Shown one piece after another: positions 1 through 11,839 of a stretch of DNA of 64,000 nt. The stretch covers positions 135,670 to 199,669 of IMG/VR virus record IMGVR_UViG_3300021963_000025; one strand, written 5' to 3'. The notes under the pieces are model-generated. The model searched no databases and was not told the DNA's origin. It was given only the letters and a program-made list of their open reading frames with translations. The position numbers and the translations under genes are program-made. Every line of letters starts with the position of its first letter. The first letter of the stretch is position 1. Source of the stretch: a virus (lineage: Duplodnaviria; Heunggongvirae; Uroviricota; Caudoviricetes).

Positions 1-3000
1 ATTCAAATACCTGCATTTGGGTATTTGAAGAGAGAAATCGATCGTTTGAATAGTAATGTGAGTTCAATTAGTGGACTTGAAGGTTCGAATGCAAATGTAA
101 GATTAAAAGACGGTACTTTTAGAACTATTCATACTTCTAGATTAAAAGGACCATCTCCTTCTATTACAACTCTCGCATCACCTACCCAGTTTTCAACAAA
201 ATTAAATGACTTCTTTGAAAACTTTTTAAATCCATTACTTACAATTAATTTAGATGTAAGTAACCAAATTCCGGTGGAAACTGAAAAGGTATATGTTGAA
301 AGATATATCTTTAATGAAAATGACCTAACTTCAATTACTGCTTTCGATGAAATTTATAAAGGAAGTAGTGAGTTAGTTTACTCTGATTTTAAAACGCAAT
401 TGACTAATAATAACTTTGTCTATTATCTAGATTCTCAAGTTATTGATATGCCGATTAGAACGATCCAGTACACTGGATTTTTTGACGTTATTAAAATCGA
501 TAATGCCCAAAAGAATGTAGTTATTGACGGTACAACTCAAACAAAAACTGTTAAGTTATTTACACTTAATAAATTGAGTTTTAGCGATTCAACTAAAACA
601 TTAAAAGATACTGAAACCTTAAAAACTGGAGATTCTCTTATTGTAAACTCTGGTAATTATAGAACAAGATACCAAATCCTTTCAATTGATGGTTCTACGT
701 CACAAGTAGAATTATTATTATTAGAGGGTTCTGAACCTATTAAACTTGGTGTTAACCAACTTGGAATTTATAAAGATGTTGATACTGATTTGAATATAGA
801 AATCAATGTTGCATTTAACGAAAGACAGGTTATTTTTGTTAAACCAATAGACCCTGTTTCAAAAATACCTGCTGAAGACTTTTCACCAGGGGTTGGATTC
901 TATTCTAATGATTTAGAAATGGTTGACACTACTGGTGCAAGAATGACCCTAGCAGAGTATTACAAAAATGAGGTTGCTGATTTTGGACAATTCCTTAAAT
1001 CGCTAAAGGTAGATTACATTCCACCTGCAGCATCTGGAATTAAACCAACGCCACCCGTTATTAATGTTGAAAACTTTAAAGTTGTTCAAGTTAATAAACA
1101 CTTGACTGATAATACTACAACCGATAAAATCAAACAATTAAAGTCTGATAAATCGGCTACAGAGCAATCATTAAAACAGCTTGATGAATCTATTAAACAG
1201 AAAAAATCTCTTATTAATACTAAGAAGTTTGCATCTCAAGCAGAAAGTGATACACATAAAAATGAATTAAGTGCATTAATTACTCAAAGAGATTCTGAGT
1301 CAAAACTTTTTTCATCAGTTGTTAGTGAAATTAAATCTTCAGCAGAATCTGCAGATTTACAAACAGCCGCTCCAAAATATAAAGTTAGAGGATTTTGGGC
1401 AGTTCCAGAACCTAAAACAATTGGAAACCAAGTATCTCAAGAAGTTGTACAATTTAAAATTAGATATCGTTACGTTTCTACATCTGGAAAAACTTCAAAT
1501 GTTGACCAAATGAAATTCATTGATGCAACGAACCAAACTGAAAAAACAGCTGCTTTTTCAAATTGGATTGAAGTTGCTGGACCAGTTCGAAAGAGAGCGA
1601 TGGATTCTAATGGAAAATACACTTGGATTCTAGAAAGTGAAGAGGATGCTGATGCAATAAACTTTAACTCTTTTGATATTGCAATTAACCCTGGTGAAGT
1701 TGTTGAATTTATGATTAAATCAGTTTCAGAAGCTGGATTCCCTGCGAATCCTTTAGAATCTGACTGGTCAGCAATTCAAAAAATAGAATTCCCACAAGGA
1801 GAAGTAAACACTGACACTTTAGGGAACGTTATTAAGACTAATGAACTTGACTTATTAAAAGTACAAATTCAACAAGACTTAGAATCTGCAGGTGTATTTA
1901 AACACGTTGGAGAATCTTTTAATGTAGGTAGCCAAACTTTTGCTCATAGTGCAAACACAATTGCTTCAGGATTTATAACTGATAATCAAGCACCGATCAC
2001 CGTTTACGAAAAGTTATTGGCTCTTCAAAATGAGGTTCTGAGCTTAAGAGCGGTTATTGAGAAAACAACTGGAGAATTGCTTGTAAGAATTATTGATGAA
2101 AATGGAAACGTCACACCAGTAACAAACCATTCAACTGTACAGTTGTTTGCAGGTTACTATAGCCAAGAAATTCCAGCAGTTAATGGAAAAGGTGCTATCG
2201 TTACTAAAAACTTTAAAATTGAATTATCAAATACTAAAGCAACTGACCTTGAGTTAATTTCCAGAATTGTCGGAGACACTGCTCAACCTGCTCCTGTTTC
2301 TACAACAAACACTAAGTTTGGTCTTGGAACTGGAACAATAGACACAGTATACAACAGCGATTATTACACTAAAGAGGCTAGATATGATTTAGTTCCAGTA
2401 ATTTATCAAAATATTAGTACGCTTAATGAATCATATATACAAAGTGGTCCAGATCAATCATCACAATTAAAAGGACAATTCATTTATTCTAGATTTAAAA
2501 ACATTGCAAATGACGATAATCTATATGTAATTAATGAAGGTACCTTAGGAGATGGAGATATTAATACTGCAATTGATTATGGTACAAACTCTGCGTATGA
2601 TAAATACGAATATGGAATTTCATATAATCTTAGTACAGTTCCACAGATTGGAACTACTGGATTTAAAAACTTTTCTGCAGTAAATGGAACTCCATATACA
2701 GGTATAACTACTAGTCCAAATGATTTTGTTTGGTCTGGAAGTTACAGTGGAATTACTCCTCAGAAAATTGCAATAGGCTCTCAAGTAACATATTCTCAAT
2801 ATTCAAATGGTATTTACTTACACGTTGACCATCCGCTTTTACAAAGTCCAGATGGCGTAAATCCAGGTAATACTTTATTAGAAATTGCAAGTAATGGAAT
2901 GGTTGGAATGCCTAAAACAGCTTCTTTAAGAGCAACTGATTTACATGGTAAAAAACAAACACCTTTTAGAGTAATTGATACTATAAGTAATACAAATATT

Positions 3001-3516
3001 GCAGGTTTAAGAGAAACTGGTAAAGCTGGATTCTCCCCGGAAGACCAATACTTACTAGGTGGTCGTTCATGTGGGTCTTTCCTTTACATTTCTCCACTAA
3101 ACACTAATTCATTAGTTGTAGATGCTTCTAATAAGAGTGGTAAAAAGATAATTCCTGGAGGAAGCGCAAACGCAATAACAGTAGATTTGGTATTCCAATA
3201 TCGTATGACTGATTATTATGGACCTAAAGCATCTGGAACCGGTAGAATTGGTGGAGTTTTAGACAATACTTTTACAAATTTAAGTTATGCTAAAAAGATT
3301 GGTATTGATATAATCGATTTTGGAAATAATGATTTTAAATTTGATGTTGAAGTAACTGCTAAATACGCTGCAGAAGGTAGAAATATTAACAATGTAACTA
3401 GTACAATGTTAACTAATTACCAAAACAATTATGTTCCAGGAACTCGAGGAAGACGTAGATTTTTATCTGCAAGTTTCTTAAATCTTTCCTTCCCAGATAT
3501 TAACCAGTACTACTAG
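1..3516 (+). CDS. Large virion structural protein (baseplate/tail region), 5'-truncated
   Basis: Frame is open from base 1 (IQIPAFGYLKREIDRL...), so the TTG at 25 is probably not the start. Beta-rich with a coiled coil; heads the tail gene block. Confidence 0.55.
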   Translation: MQIPAFGYLKREIDRLNSNVSSISGLEGSNANVRLKDGTFRTIHTSRLKGPSPSITTLASPTQFSTKLNDFFENFLNPLLTINLDVSNQIPVETEKVYVERYIFNENDLTSITAFDEIYKGSSELVYSDFKTQLTNNNFVYYLDSQVIDMPIRTIQYTGFFDVIKIDNAQKNVVIDGTTQTKTVKLFTLNKLSFSDSTKTLKDTETLKTGDSLIVNSGNYRTRYQILSIDGSTSQVELLLLEGSEPIKLGVNQLGIYKDVDTDLNIEINVAFNERQVIFVKPIDPVSKIPAEDFSPGVGFYSNDLEMVDTTGARMTLAEYYKNEVADFGQFLKSLKVDYIPPAASGIKPTPPVINVENFKVVQVNKHLTDNTTTDKIKQLKSDKSATEQSLKQLDESIKQKKSLINTKKFASQAESDTHKNELSALITQRDSESKLFSSVVSEIKSSAESADLQTAAPKYKVRGFWAVPEPKTIGNQVSQEVVQFKIRYRYVSTSGKTSNVDQMKFIDATNQTEKTAAFSNWIEVAGPVRKRAMDSNGKYTWILESEEDADAINFNSFDIAINPGEVVEFMIKSVSEAGFPANPLESDWSAIQKIEFPQGEVNTDTLGNVIKTNELDLLKVQIQQDLESAGVFKHVGESFNVGSQTFAHSANTIASGFITDNQAPITVYEKLLALQNEVLSLRAVIEKTTGELLVRIIDENGNVTPVTNHSTVQLFAGYYSQEIPAVNGKGAIVTKNFKIELSNTKATDLELISRIVGDTAQPAPVSTTNTKFGLGTGTIDTVYNSDYYTKEARYDLVPVIYQNISTLNESYIQSGPDQSSQLKGQFIYSRFKNIANDDNLYVINEGTLGDGDINTAIDYGTNSAYDKYEYGISYNLSTVPQIGTTGFKNFSAVNGTPYTGITTSPNDFVWSGSYSGITPQKIAIGSQVTYSQYSNGIYLHVDHPLLQSPDGVNPGNTLLEIASNGMVGMPKTASLRATDLHGKKQTPFRVIDTISNTNIAGLRETGKAGFSPEDQYLLGGRSCGSFLYISPLNTNSLVVDASNKSGKKIIPGGSANAITVDLVFQYRMTDYYGPKASGTGRIGGVLDNTFTNLSYAKKIGIDIIDFGNNDFKFDVEVTAKYAAEGRNINNVTSTMLTNYQNNYVPGTRGRRRFLSASFLNLSFPDINQYY

Positions 3517-3549
3517 GAACTCTACCTCTTATATTGTTCCATAATCTGG

Positions 3550-3557
3550 GATATATA
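3550..3557 (+). promoter_or_regulatory. Putative late promoter GATATATA
   Basis: Octamer recurs just upstream of ten genes, mostly virion genes. Confidence 0.6.
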
Positions 3558-3582
3558 ATATAAATAAAAAGAGGTGTCCTAA

Positions 3583-6500
3583 ATGGCTGCAATTAATACA
3601 AGTGCTGTAAACAATTCAATAGATAATAAATCTTTTGCTTTATTAAGAACAAACCCAAAGTTAACAAGTAACTCAAAGTTACTTGTTAACTCAAATGGTG
3701 ATTTATTCTTGAGTTCTTTCAGAGCAAATAAAGAACTTTCTAAAATTGAGTATCAAAAATATGAAGTTAAATCTTCGGGAGTATATTCAATTGACATTGC
3801 TAATTTTTATAAACAACTTCCTCTAACTCAAAGATACGAAACTCTTCGATCATCTTCAGATATTACCCTATTTTCTGATTATGAATTTCAATATGAAGAC
3901 CAGTATCAGTACGGTGCTATTCAAAACATTACTAAATTATATGACGAGCAGTACAAGATATTTGCTCCAATTTGGCTTGAAAAACAAATACCTTCTAAAT
4001 TTGTAGTTTACAGAATTGAAGATGTTGATTTTAAGACTGATTATACTGAAGATACTGTTGGACAAAATTCTAGGATTTTAGAACTTCTTAAAAATGCAAC
4101 AATAATTAAAACATTTGACTTGGGTAAATCTTCAAAAATTGGAGAATACTTAAATACACACGTCAATGATAAAAGATTTCCAAACTCATTACTTACAGTA
4201 AACTTTAAGGAGGGTTCTCAATCGACATTTAATGGTATTGATATTGTTAATGGCGGATTTGTTAATAAATCTGAACAATTAGATAGAGATTATATTCAAG
4301 TTGATTATCCTGAAATTTTTAGCAATCAAACAATTACGAATGGATTTGAAAGAAATGGAATTGTTTCTGCTAATATAATTAACTTAGAGTTCCTATTTGA
4401 TGATTATACTGCAGAAAACTATAAAATCTACAGATACTTCGGTATCTATGTAGATGATATTAATGAAGGAAACTTTGGCTCTATAGGACTTGATAATTAT
4501 GGGCAATTGAGTGTTGAGTATACTACTTATAAAACTCTTTATGACCTTTCTCAATCAATATTTCCTTTAACAGATATCGATATGTTCCCTGGAACTGATC
4601 AATTTCAAATTCCAACCTTACAATATCTTAAAGATAAATCTGGTAATTTTTATAACATTAAAAATTCATCTGCTAAATTAATTGATGCTGGAGACCCTGG
4701 TTTAAATATACCAGAAATATGGTCTTATAAGTTTTTAATATCTCCAAACAATACCACTGCTGAATCTTTTATTGGATGGGCAAAAAATGGTAAAAAAATA
4801 ACGGCAGATTTAAAGCAACCAAGTTACAAAGGATTTCTTAAAGTAACTGTAAAAGATGTTCCAAGCCCTAATGATAAAATCTTTATTGGAGACAGAACTG
4901 AGCTTGAAATTTCACAATACAATTTAGGAGACTATGTTGTGATTGCAGATTCTACACTACTTCCAGGTAGGGCAGATGGTAATAAATTCTCAAATCAAGG
5001 AAGCTTACAACAAATTGCAATTGCTCTTGCGTCTGCAATTAACAATGGAGAAATCATAACTTATAAAACAAAGGTTGTTGACACTTCGATAATTATTGAA
5101 GAGATAGTTAATGGAAATAAAAGAAGACAGACTGGATTTGGAATATACAATCTAAATTTGGTTGATTGGATTGAAGTTGCAAATGGAGAGTCTAATGATA
5201 TTGGGCTAAATGCATATATTCCTAATGACTGGAATATATGGACGACTATTGCAGGTTCAGTTGAAGGACAGGGAATCCTTGTTAAATCTTCAGAAATTGG
5301 AAATGTACAGGTTGGAGAATACTTAAAGCAAAAAGATTCTGATAAATTTGTTAGAATTATAGAAATTGACCAAGACCCATTTGACACTGACTACTATAGA
5401 GTTATTTTAGACAAACCTACAAAACTTTCGAATGATAAAGTATATGAAGTTTACGATGAATATAAAACAGTTCATGGTAGATTTGCTGCGTATGACTTTA
5501 AAGATTTTGATTTTGATTTTTACTCAACTAGAAATTCAAACTTAGGAGACCTTGTATATGATGTGTACAAAAATCCTGCATATTTAGGATGGCAAATTAC
5601 ACCTGAAGAACCAGAATTTTTAACAGTAGATGCTCAATCATTCTATTCAGGTCTTAGAGATATTTTATCAGGTGAAACTTCAAAGGCAGTTGTTAAAACT
5701 GAATTACTAAATGAGTATGACCGTCTTAAAGAAAACAGTCTTAAGGAAACTGCTCTTTTAAGTAGAATGGTTCCTACAATCTGTAAATATGAACTTAAAA
5801 ATGCATCTAATGCTAGAAATTTACCATACATTTTAAATGTTAATGAGGCATTTGGAGATGACAATTTATCGCCAAATATAGAACTGGATTCAAAGAGAAA
5901 TATTGAGTTCCTAAATATGGAGCATTTTCATCTAAATAGGATTCCAACAAATATATTAAGTACTAGAAGAGACCTAAATAATTATTTAGATTTTGCGGCC
6001 GATGGTGGACTAACGATTGATAAATTAAAAGACACTAATTTTAACTACTTTGATAAGCATTTTAATTGGACTGGTTATTTTGACCAATTAGCTTTAAACT
6101 CACAGGGATCTAATGGAAAATGGCATAATAATACCTATAAGAAATTATGGTCTAAGTTTGATATTGGTAATTTCGAAAAAAACTCATCAACTGTTTTTAG
6201 AGGTCTTCGATACGTATTTCAAAAAAGAAAAGAACTTGTTAATGAAATTCCAACTGAATTTTTAAAAGGAATTGACATTAGCGATTATAAATTTGGTTCA
6301 TATCTTTCGTATAATACCGGACAAGACATTACATCAAATTCAATAGTATTTAACTGTGTTAAAAATGACAAGTTTAAATTTATTTGTGTTAACATCGAAT
6401 TAAACGTTGTTCAAAATGATATAGCAGAAGATGAACTAAATAGATATTTATTATACACTCTAAATGATATTGAATTTGGAGGAATCACAATTAACACATT

Positions 6501-8088
6501 GATTCCTTTTCGTATTGATTTTGCAGGAGCAACCCCAGATCTAGATCCGGATGTTCCTTTTATTATCAAAGCATCAGATATATCAATTCAAGATGGAACT
6601 GCAAAATTTACTGAATTGATTAAAAGAAATTCTTTAGGAGAATATTCATGGATATATTTTGACTTATCAGGCGTAACTTATGCGGTAAAAGTAACCGATG
6701 TTATAGATGATACTTCAATACTGGTAAGTGGACATCCTTGGGAATTTGATACAAATTTAGATCCGCCAGCACCACCGGTTGGAGCAATTCGATTAGCTCC
6801 TCAATTTATGGGTCTAGTTCCAGAAACAGGACCTTTTAATTATTCACAAGGAGGTGCCAATGAATTTGCTAACTTATTAGATTCGATAAGTGCCTACAAA
6901 TATTCTAAAAGATTTAATTCTTTTGAACAAGTAAACTATATTACTATTGCTGAAGATGGAACTCAATCAAATAATGATTTTGTTCTTTCGGTAGAGTCAG
7001 GAGTTGATGTTGTTAAACCTTCAATTGTTCAACCAGCAGCAGACCCAGAAAGACCAAAGGCATATAGACTATCTTCAAATCAAATTGGAAATGTTATTGA
7101 AGACAGGGAAGATGGTGGATACGCTACTATTTTGCGAAGAATGAATGGAGACTACAATCCTATTTTTAATGACATAGTAACATTCTCCGACATTAATTCA
7201 GAGAATAAAATCGATCCAGATGTTCCAAATGCCGGGTTAATAACATACAATGTATTAAATGGGAAAGGAATCTCGTTTGATTCTTTTAAAGAAAACACAA
7301 ACAACTATGGTTTTATTAGCAACTATTTTTATCATAAAGTTAATGAGCAAGACTCGAAAAACATATTAAAACTTTCGCAAACAACTGATAAATTACCGTT
7401 GTACCCATTAATTGGTGAGATTGCAATTGATAAAAAAGACATTAATGTTTTTAAATCAAAGTATTCAAAAAACTATTTTACAAGAGCCTTAAGTGCTGGA
7501 GAATCTGAAACAACAAATGGAACCTTAAGTCCTGTAGAAAAGAAAACTTTTATGACATCAACTATCATGAAGGTTCGAGATACGTATGACATAACGAAGT
7601 TTGATAATACCCAAGAGGCTACTATTGAAGCATTGGATAAAATAAGATTTGCACAATCAAATGTAACATCAATACATTGGGTTGAGGATAAATCTCAAGT
7701 TATTGCAGATTTTTATTTACCAACTGCAATCTTAAATGAATTAGTTGAAGATGGTATTGAACAACAATTTAGAAGATATGTTAATGCTGCAAATTCGTAT
7801 GGAGATAAGTCTTCGCTAAAAGACGATCTTCAAATATATTCAAAGTCAAATATATCTCCTCGTTTTATTATTGATTCGATTAAAATTTATGGAATTGAGG
7901 CCAAAGGATTAGAAACTAATTTTGTTTCAGTTACACAGACTTCACAATTAACAAATGATAATTATAGAGAGTTAACTAATTTTAACATTCAAAGTTATCA
8001 AAATGATGGTTTGAGTTTTAGACTAATATATAATAAAAAGCTTGGATATTCATATAACTTCAAGGTACACGTTAAAATACAAGCATAA
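3583..8088 (+). CDS. Large virion structural protein (1501 aa), probable baseplate/tail component
   Basis: Long ORF after a GATATATA motif, between structural genes; no enzyme motifs seen. Confidence 0.5.
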   Translation: MAAINTSAVNNSIDNKSFALLRTNPKLTSNSKLLVNSNGDLFLSSFRANKELSKIEYQKYEVKSSGVYSIDIANFYKQLPLTQRYETLRSSSDITLFSDYEFQYEDQYQYGAIQNITKLYDEQYKIFAPIWLEKQIPSKFVVYRIEDVDFKTDYTEDTVGQNSRILELLKNATIIKTFDLGKSSKIGEYLNTHVNDKRFPNSLLTVNFKEGSQSTFNGIDIVNGGFVNKSEQLDRDYIQVDYPEIFSNQTITNGFERNGIVSANIINLEFLFDDYTAENYKIYRYFGIYVDDINEGNFGSIGLDNYGQLSVEYTTYKTLYDLSQSIFPLTDIDMFPGTDQFQIPTLQYLKDKSGNFYNIKNSSAKLIDAGDPGLNIPEIWSYKFLISPNNTTAESFIGWAKNGKKITADLKQPSYKGFLKVTVKDVPSPNDKIFIGDRTELEISQYNLGDYVVIADSTLLPGRADGNKFSNQGSLQQIAIALASAINNGEIITYKTKVVDTSIIIEEIVNGNKRRQTGFGIYNLNLVDWIEVANGESNDIGLNAYIPNDWNIWTTIAGSVEGQGILVKSSEIGNVQVGEYLKQKDSDKFVRIIEIDQDPFDTDYYRVILDKPTKLSNDKVYEVYDEYKTVHGRFAAYDFKDFDFDFYSTRNSNLGDLVYDVYKNPAYLGWQITPEEPEFLTVDAQSFYSGLRDILSGETSKAVVKTELLNEYDRLKENSLKETALLSRMVPTICKYELKNASNARNLPYILNVNEAFGDDNLSPNIELDSKRNIEFLNMEHFHLNRIPTNILSTRRDLNNYLDFAADGGLTIDKLKDTNFNYFDKHFNWTGYFDQLALNSQGSNGKWHNNTYKKLWSKFDIGNFEKNSSTVFRGLRYVFQKRKELVNEIPTEFLKGIDISDYKFGSYLSYNTGQDITSNSIVFNCVKNDKFKFICVNIELNVVQNDIAEDELNRYLLYTLNDIEFGGITINTLIPFRIDFAGATPDLDPDVPFIIKASDISIQDGTAKFTELIKRNSLGEYSWIYFDLSGVTYAVKVTDVIDDTSILVSGHPWEFDTNLDPPAPPVGAIRLAPQFMGLVPETGPFNYSQGGANEFANLLDSISAYKYSKRFNSFEQVNYITIAEDGTQSNNDFVLSVESGVDVVKPSIVQPAADPERPKAYRLSSNQIGNVIEDREDGGYATILRRMNGDYNPIFNDIVTFSDINSENKIDPDVPNAGLITYNVLNGKGISFDSFKENTNNYGFISNYFYHKVNEQDSKNILKLSQTTDKLPLYPLIGEIAIDKKDINVFKSKYSKNYFTRALSAGESETTNGTLSPVEKKTFMTSTIMKVRDTYDITKFDNTQEATIEALDKIRFAQSNVTSIHWVEDKSQVIADFYLPTAILNELVEDGIEQQFRRYVNAANSYGDKSSLKDDLQIYSKSNISPRFIIDSIKIYGIEAKGLETNFVSVTQTSQLTNDNYRELTNFNIQSYQNDGLSFRLIYNKKLGYSYNFKVHVKIQA

Positions 8089-8091
8089 TTA

Positions 8092-10437
8092 ATGGCTATT
8101 AATATAAAAGAACTTTTTGTAACCGACCTCGATCCAAATAGTGGTGCCTGGTGGTCTAAAGACAAGGTCGATAAGATTAATTATAATTTTTATCTGCTTT
8201 CAAATGGAGGTATGCCAGGACCTCAGGGAACTATTGGAGTAGATGGTGGATTTGGTCCTATAGGAGCACAAGGAGCCACCGGATATCAAGGACAGCAGGG
8301 ATACCAGGGACCCCAGGGAGCAGGAAGTTTAAATGATTGGGTTCTATTTCCAGAGACTAATGGTTTTCCGGGATACTTATTTCCTAGGAAAAATCCCATC
8401 GCAGATACTCAATCAGCTCCAGTTTCATTGAGAATAGGATATTTAGATGCAGACACAGAATATCTTATCGGAGCGGATCCACAAGAGCCTGTTCAAATTG
8501 TAAAAACACCAGATAGTTCTTGGGTTAATTATAGAGTTGAATTTGATAACAATATAAGTGGTTACAATTTTAGTTTTAAAGGTGCTATTAACTTAGACCC
8601 GAGATTTGAAATTTCACCAGATATTACAAGTGCTGATTTTAAAATTGTGCATACTGCGCAAACTATAATATTTAGAACCGGATTAACTCTTGGTTCATTA
8701 GTCGATGCTATCAAAATAACCGACTCTCAAATTACTATTAATACTGGAGGAAGTACTGGACCTGCTTTTAATTTAAGTAATATTTCAGGTAAATTTACAA
8801 AATCCGAAGATCAATTTAGATACACTCCAGGAGCTGCTGCAAATAAAGTTCTAGTTTCAACAAATATTCAAGGAGATTTAGAATGGAAAAACATCAAGGA
8901 TGTTTTTGGAACGTTTCCAATAGGTTCTATAATTTCAATTAGACCTAGTGAATTTATACCTGCTCATTTTTGGTTAGATGATTCAATTAGTGTAACTGCA
9001 GGTTCTCCATTAAATAATATCTATGGTAGAGGAAAGGCTGGAACTGATTATGAAGGATGGTACCTTTGTAATGGTGAAACTTGGGAAACTTTGCAAGGAT
9101 TTAATCAATATTTAACACCAAATCTAAATAATTTTAGTTACACTATAGATGATAATGGAGATGTTCAAAATCCAGTTATAATTTCTGAAGGTGAGCCTGT
9201 TTTAATTGGAGGATATGACATGAGAATTACAGCAATTCCTGATGCTAATGGAATATATTCAGTAGGGTACTCAACTCCATTTCCAAATAATGATACATCA
9301 CCAGGTGGTAGTACAATTTCAATGGATACTGGCGGTGCATATTATACAAGTCGAATGATTCATATAGTTTATCTAGAAGATCCGAATTTAAAATGGTCAA
9401 ACACTGGAGTTTATATACCACCGGCTGCTACAACTACAATAACATTGACATTACCATTAGCATCGAGTACTCTATGCAGTGAGCCAGTCACAACGTATTA
9501 TAGTTGGACAGGGCCTGATGAAGTTACATGGAACACGTTTACTCCGCTTTCATCGTACAGTTTATTTAATTTTGGAACAACAAACTTTGCTCCAGTAGGA
9601 TGGTACATAAATGTAGATGGATATCCAATATATTGGGATGGTACTAGTTTTATACAAAGAGGAACTACTTGCGTTAGTGCTCCACCCCCTAACTATACAC
9701 CAAATCTTAGATATAGTGCATTAATAGATGATTTAAACGGACCAATATCTGCTATGGGAGGAACTCTTATTTATCTTGATATGAGTAACCCAACAGGTCT
9801 TGTAACATCATTAGATCAGGCAACCGGTTTAGTATGGTCTGATGACCAATTAGTATACCCTGTTGGAGATCCGGCTCCTAGCGGTTGGTACCGTGATATA
9901 AATACAGGAGTTAGAAGATACTGGAATGGAAATTCTTTCACAGCAAATTCAGTATCATTTACTGAAGATTATGTGCATTTTGTTTATGGACCTTCTTTAG
10001 AAGGTTTCCCAGAATATGGTTATGCTAACGTTAACACAAATCCAAGTTCAGGAAATTATCAAAATAGCCAGTGTGCTGTGCAATCGCCTACTGATAGACA
10101 ATCACAAATAACGTATGTTGCTGGAAATGGTCCTTTATTAATAAATGCACCGTCTGGGAATTCAATGACAGTATCTGTTGCTGGTTATGATTCTGCTTTA
10201 TATGTTTCAATTGGTTGGTTACCGCCTCTTATGGATATTGATGGAACTGTACTTGCAACACCGCCATTAATTAATATAAAAGACCAATTTAAACCGGGCT
10301 CAACAACTTTAAAATACAAATTTGCATATATGGATTTTTATTCAGGAAATCCAGGAGAACCTGGAGAATATTATGGCATAATTAGTGCAACAGGAATTGG
10401 AGCAACTGGAAAAATATCAGCAACATACGGTTGCTAA
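8092..10437 (+). CDS. Tail fibre-like protein with collagen Gly-X-Y repeat and tail-collar-like motif
   Basis: GMPGPQGTIGVDGGFGPIGAQGATGYQGQQGYQGPQG; FPIGSIISI...GWYLCNG; unique beta-rich C-terminus. Confidence 0.7.
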   Translation: MAINIKELFVTDLDPNSGAWWSKDKVDKINYNFYLLSNGGMPGPQGTIGVDGGFGPIGAQGATGYQGQQGYQGPQGAGSLNDWVLFPETNGFPGYLFPRKNPIADTQSAPVSLRIGYLDADTEYLIGADPQEPVQIVKTPDSSWVNYRVEFDNNISGYNFSFKGAINLDPRFEISPDITSADFKIVHTAQTIIFRTGLTLGSLVDAIKITDSQITINTGGSTGPAFNLSNISGKFTKSEDQFRYTPGAAANKVLVSTNIQGDLEWKNIKDVFGTFPIGSIISIRPSEFIPAHFWLDDSISVTAGSPLNNIYGRGKAGTDYEGWYLCNGETWETLQGFNQYLTPNLNNFSYTIDDNGDVQNPVIISEGEPVLIGGYDMRITAIPDANGIYSVGYSTPFPNNDTSPGGSTISMDTGGAYYTSRMIHIVYLEDPNLKWSNTGVYIPPAATTTITLTLPLASSTLCSEPVTTYYSWTGPDEVTWNTFTPLSSYSLFNFGTTNFAPVGWYINVDGYPIYWDGTSFIQRGTTCVSAPPPNYTPNLRYSALIDDLNGPISAMGGTLIYLDMSNPTGLVTSLDQATGLVWSDDQLVYPVGDPAPSGWYRDINTGVRRYWNGNSFTANSVSFTEDYVHFVYGPSLEGFPEYGYANVNTNPSSGNYQNSQCAVQSPTDRQSQITYVAGNGPLLINAPSGNSMTVSVAGYDSALYVSIGWLPPLMDIDGTVLATPPLINIKDQFKPGSTTLKYKFAYMDFYSGNPGEPGEYYGIISATGIGATGKISATYGC

Positions 10438-10465
10438 TTGTAATTAAAATAATATATAGTCTTAT

Positions 10466-11815
10466 ATGACAATTAACCTTAAACAAATAAGAGTATTTGA
10501 TACTGATAATATTAAGCTTGATAAAATTAATTATAATTTTGATCAGTTAATTGTCAATGGTGGAGGTCCTAAAGGAGCAATAGGAGTTGATGGACCACTA
10601 GGTGCACAAGGATATCAAGGTGCAATAGGAGTTCAAGGTGATAGAGGAGTTCAAGGAGTTCAAGGTGCCGATGCAGATTCTGCGGAATCATATTGGGAAG
10701 CAGTTCCTCAAGACCTATCGACTAGTGCAAACACAGTTGCAACCCTATTTGCAAAACATCCAATTTCCGGAAATCCAGCAGATGCTGCAGTGGTAGGAGC
10801 CGGATATTTAGATGGAGATTTTGCATATACTAATCAACAAGGAAATGGATTACCAAACTACAAATGGGTTGTTAATAGAAAACAATCAAAGGTAGTTTCA
10901 AATATAAGATTTACAAGTGGAGATGTTCTAGGAAATGCATTTGATATATCTATGAATTCTAATGGTTCGTTATATGAATTGCATTTAGGTTTTATTGATA
11001 ATCAAAATTCACAGTTAAATTTTCAAGCAACAGAACATATTATTAGAAGTACTGCTGGTTCTGGAGATAATTTACTAAAAGTTTCTAATATTGGCGGAGA
11101 AATCGATGTTGATACTGTTTTTGAAAAACCGGTTAAATTTAACCAACTATTAAGTGTTGATAATTCAGGAGCAGATGTTAATAAAGTTGTAACTGCAATA
11201 GATAATACAGGCCAAATAATATTTAAAACGGCTACAGAACTTGGAGGTTCTGTTAAAGTTGGTACTATTATTTCTATATTGCCTTCAATATTTAGAGATG
11301 TTACTAATTTTATATATAATCAAACAATAGATACTACATCAAATCCGGATGTACCAATACAAATAAGAATAGGTGCTGGTATAGGTAATTATGTTGGATG
11401 GTATGTATGTAATGGACAAGATTGGACTAACGGTGCTCAAACAATTTCAGTTCCTGACCTTAATTCATTTTCATATCAAATCATATCAAATCCTATTTCA
11501 ATCGATCCAAATAGTCAAGGATTTGTAAGCGTAACCAATAATGAAATACAATTAATTGGAGGTGCTGATATGATGGTTAATGCTGGAGAAAATGGAGTGA
11601 GCGGTCCATTATACGATATTAGTATTACAAATACTTCAAATAATCCGGAAATTGCAACAAATAATTCAGGAAGTGCATTTAAAATTAAAAAGTTACCTCA
11701 AATTATTTATTTAGGAATTGATAATTTATATTGGTCTCAAATAGGAACTGGACAACTTGCAGCAGCAGATTATAATCAATCCGACTATGCATTAACAGAC
11801 TTTGATGCATCTTAA
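10466..11815 (+). CDS. Tail fibre-like paralogue with collagen repeat
   Basis: Shared N-terminus (KLDKINYNFDQL..NGGGP), GXY run, GTIISILPS, GWYVCNG, LPQIIYLG. Confidence 0.7.
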   Translation: MTINLKQIRVFDTDNIKLDKINYNFDQLIVNGGGPKGAIGVDGPLGAQGYQGAIGVQGDRGVQGVQGADADSAESYWEAVPQDLSTSANTVATLFAKHPISGNPADAAVVGAGYLDGDFAYTNQQGNGLPNYKWVVNRKQSKVVSNIRFTSGDVLGNAFDISMNSNGSLYELHLGFIDNQNSQLNFQATEHIIRSTAGSGDNLLKVSNIGGEIDVDTVFEKPVKFNQLLSVDNSGADVNKVVTAIDNTGQIIFKTATELGGSVKVGTIISILPSIFRDVTNFIYNQTIDTTSNPDVPIQIRIGAGIGNYVGWYVCNGQDWTNGAQTISVPDLNSFSYQIISNPISIDPNSQGFVSVTNNEIQLIGGADMMVNAGENGVSGPLYDISITNTSNNPEIATNNSGSAFKIKKLPQIIYLGIDNLYWSQIGTGQLAAADYNQSDYALTDFDAS

Positions 11816-11839
11816 AAATAAAAATAAAAATTTAAAAAC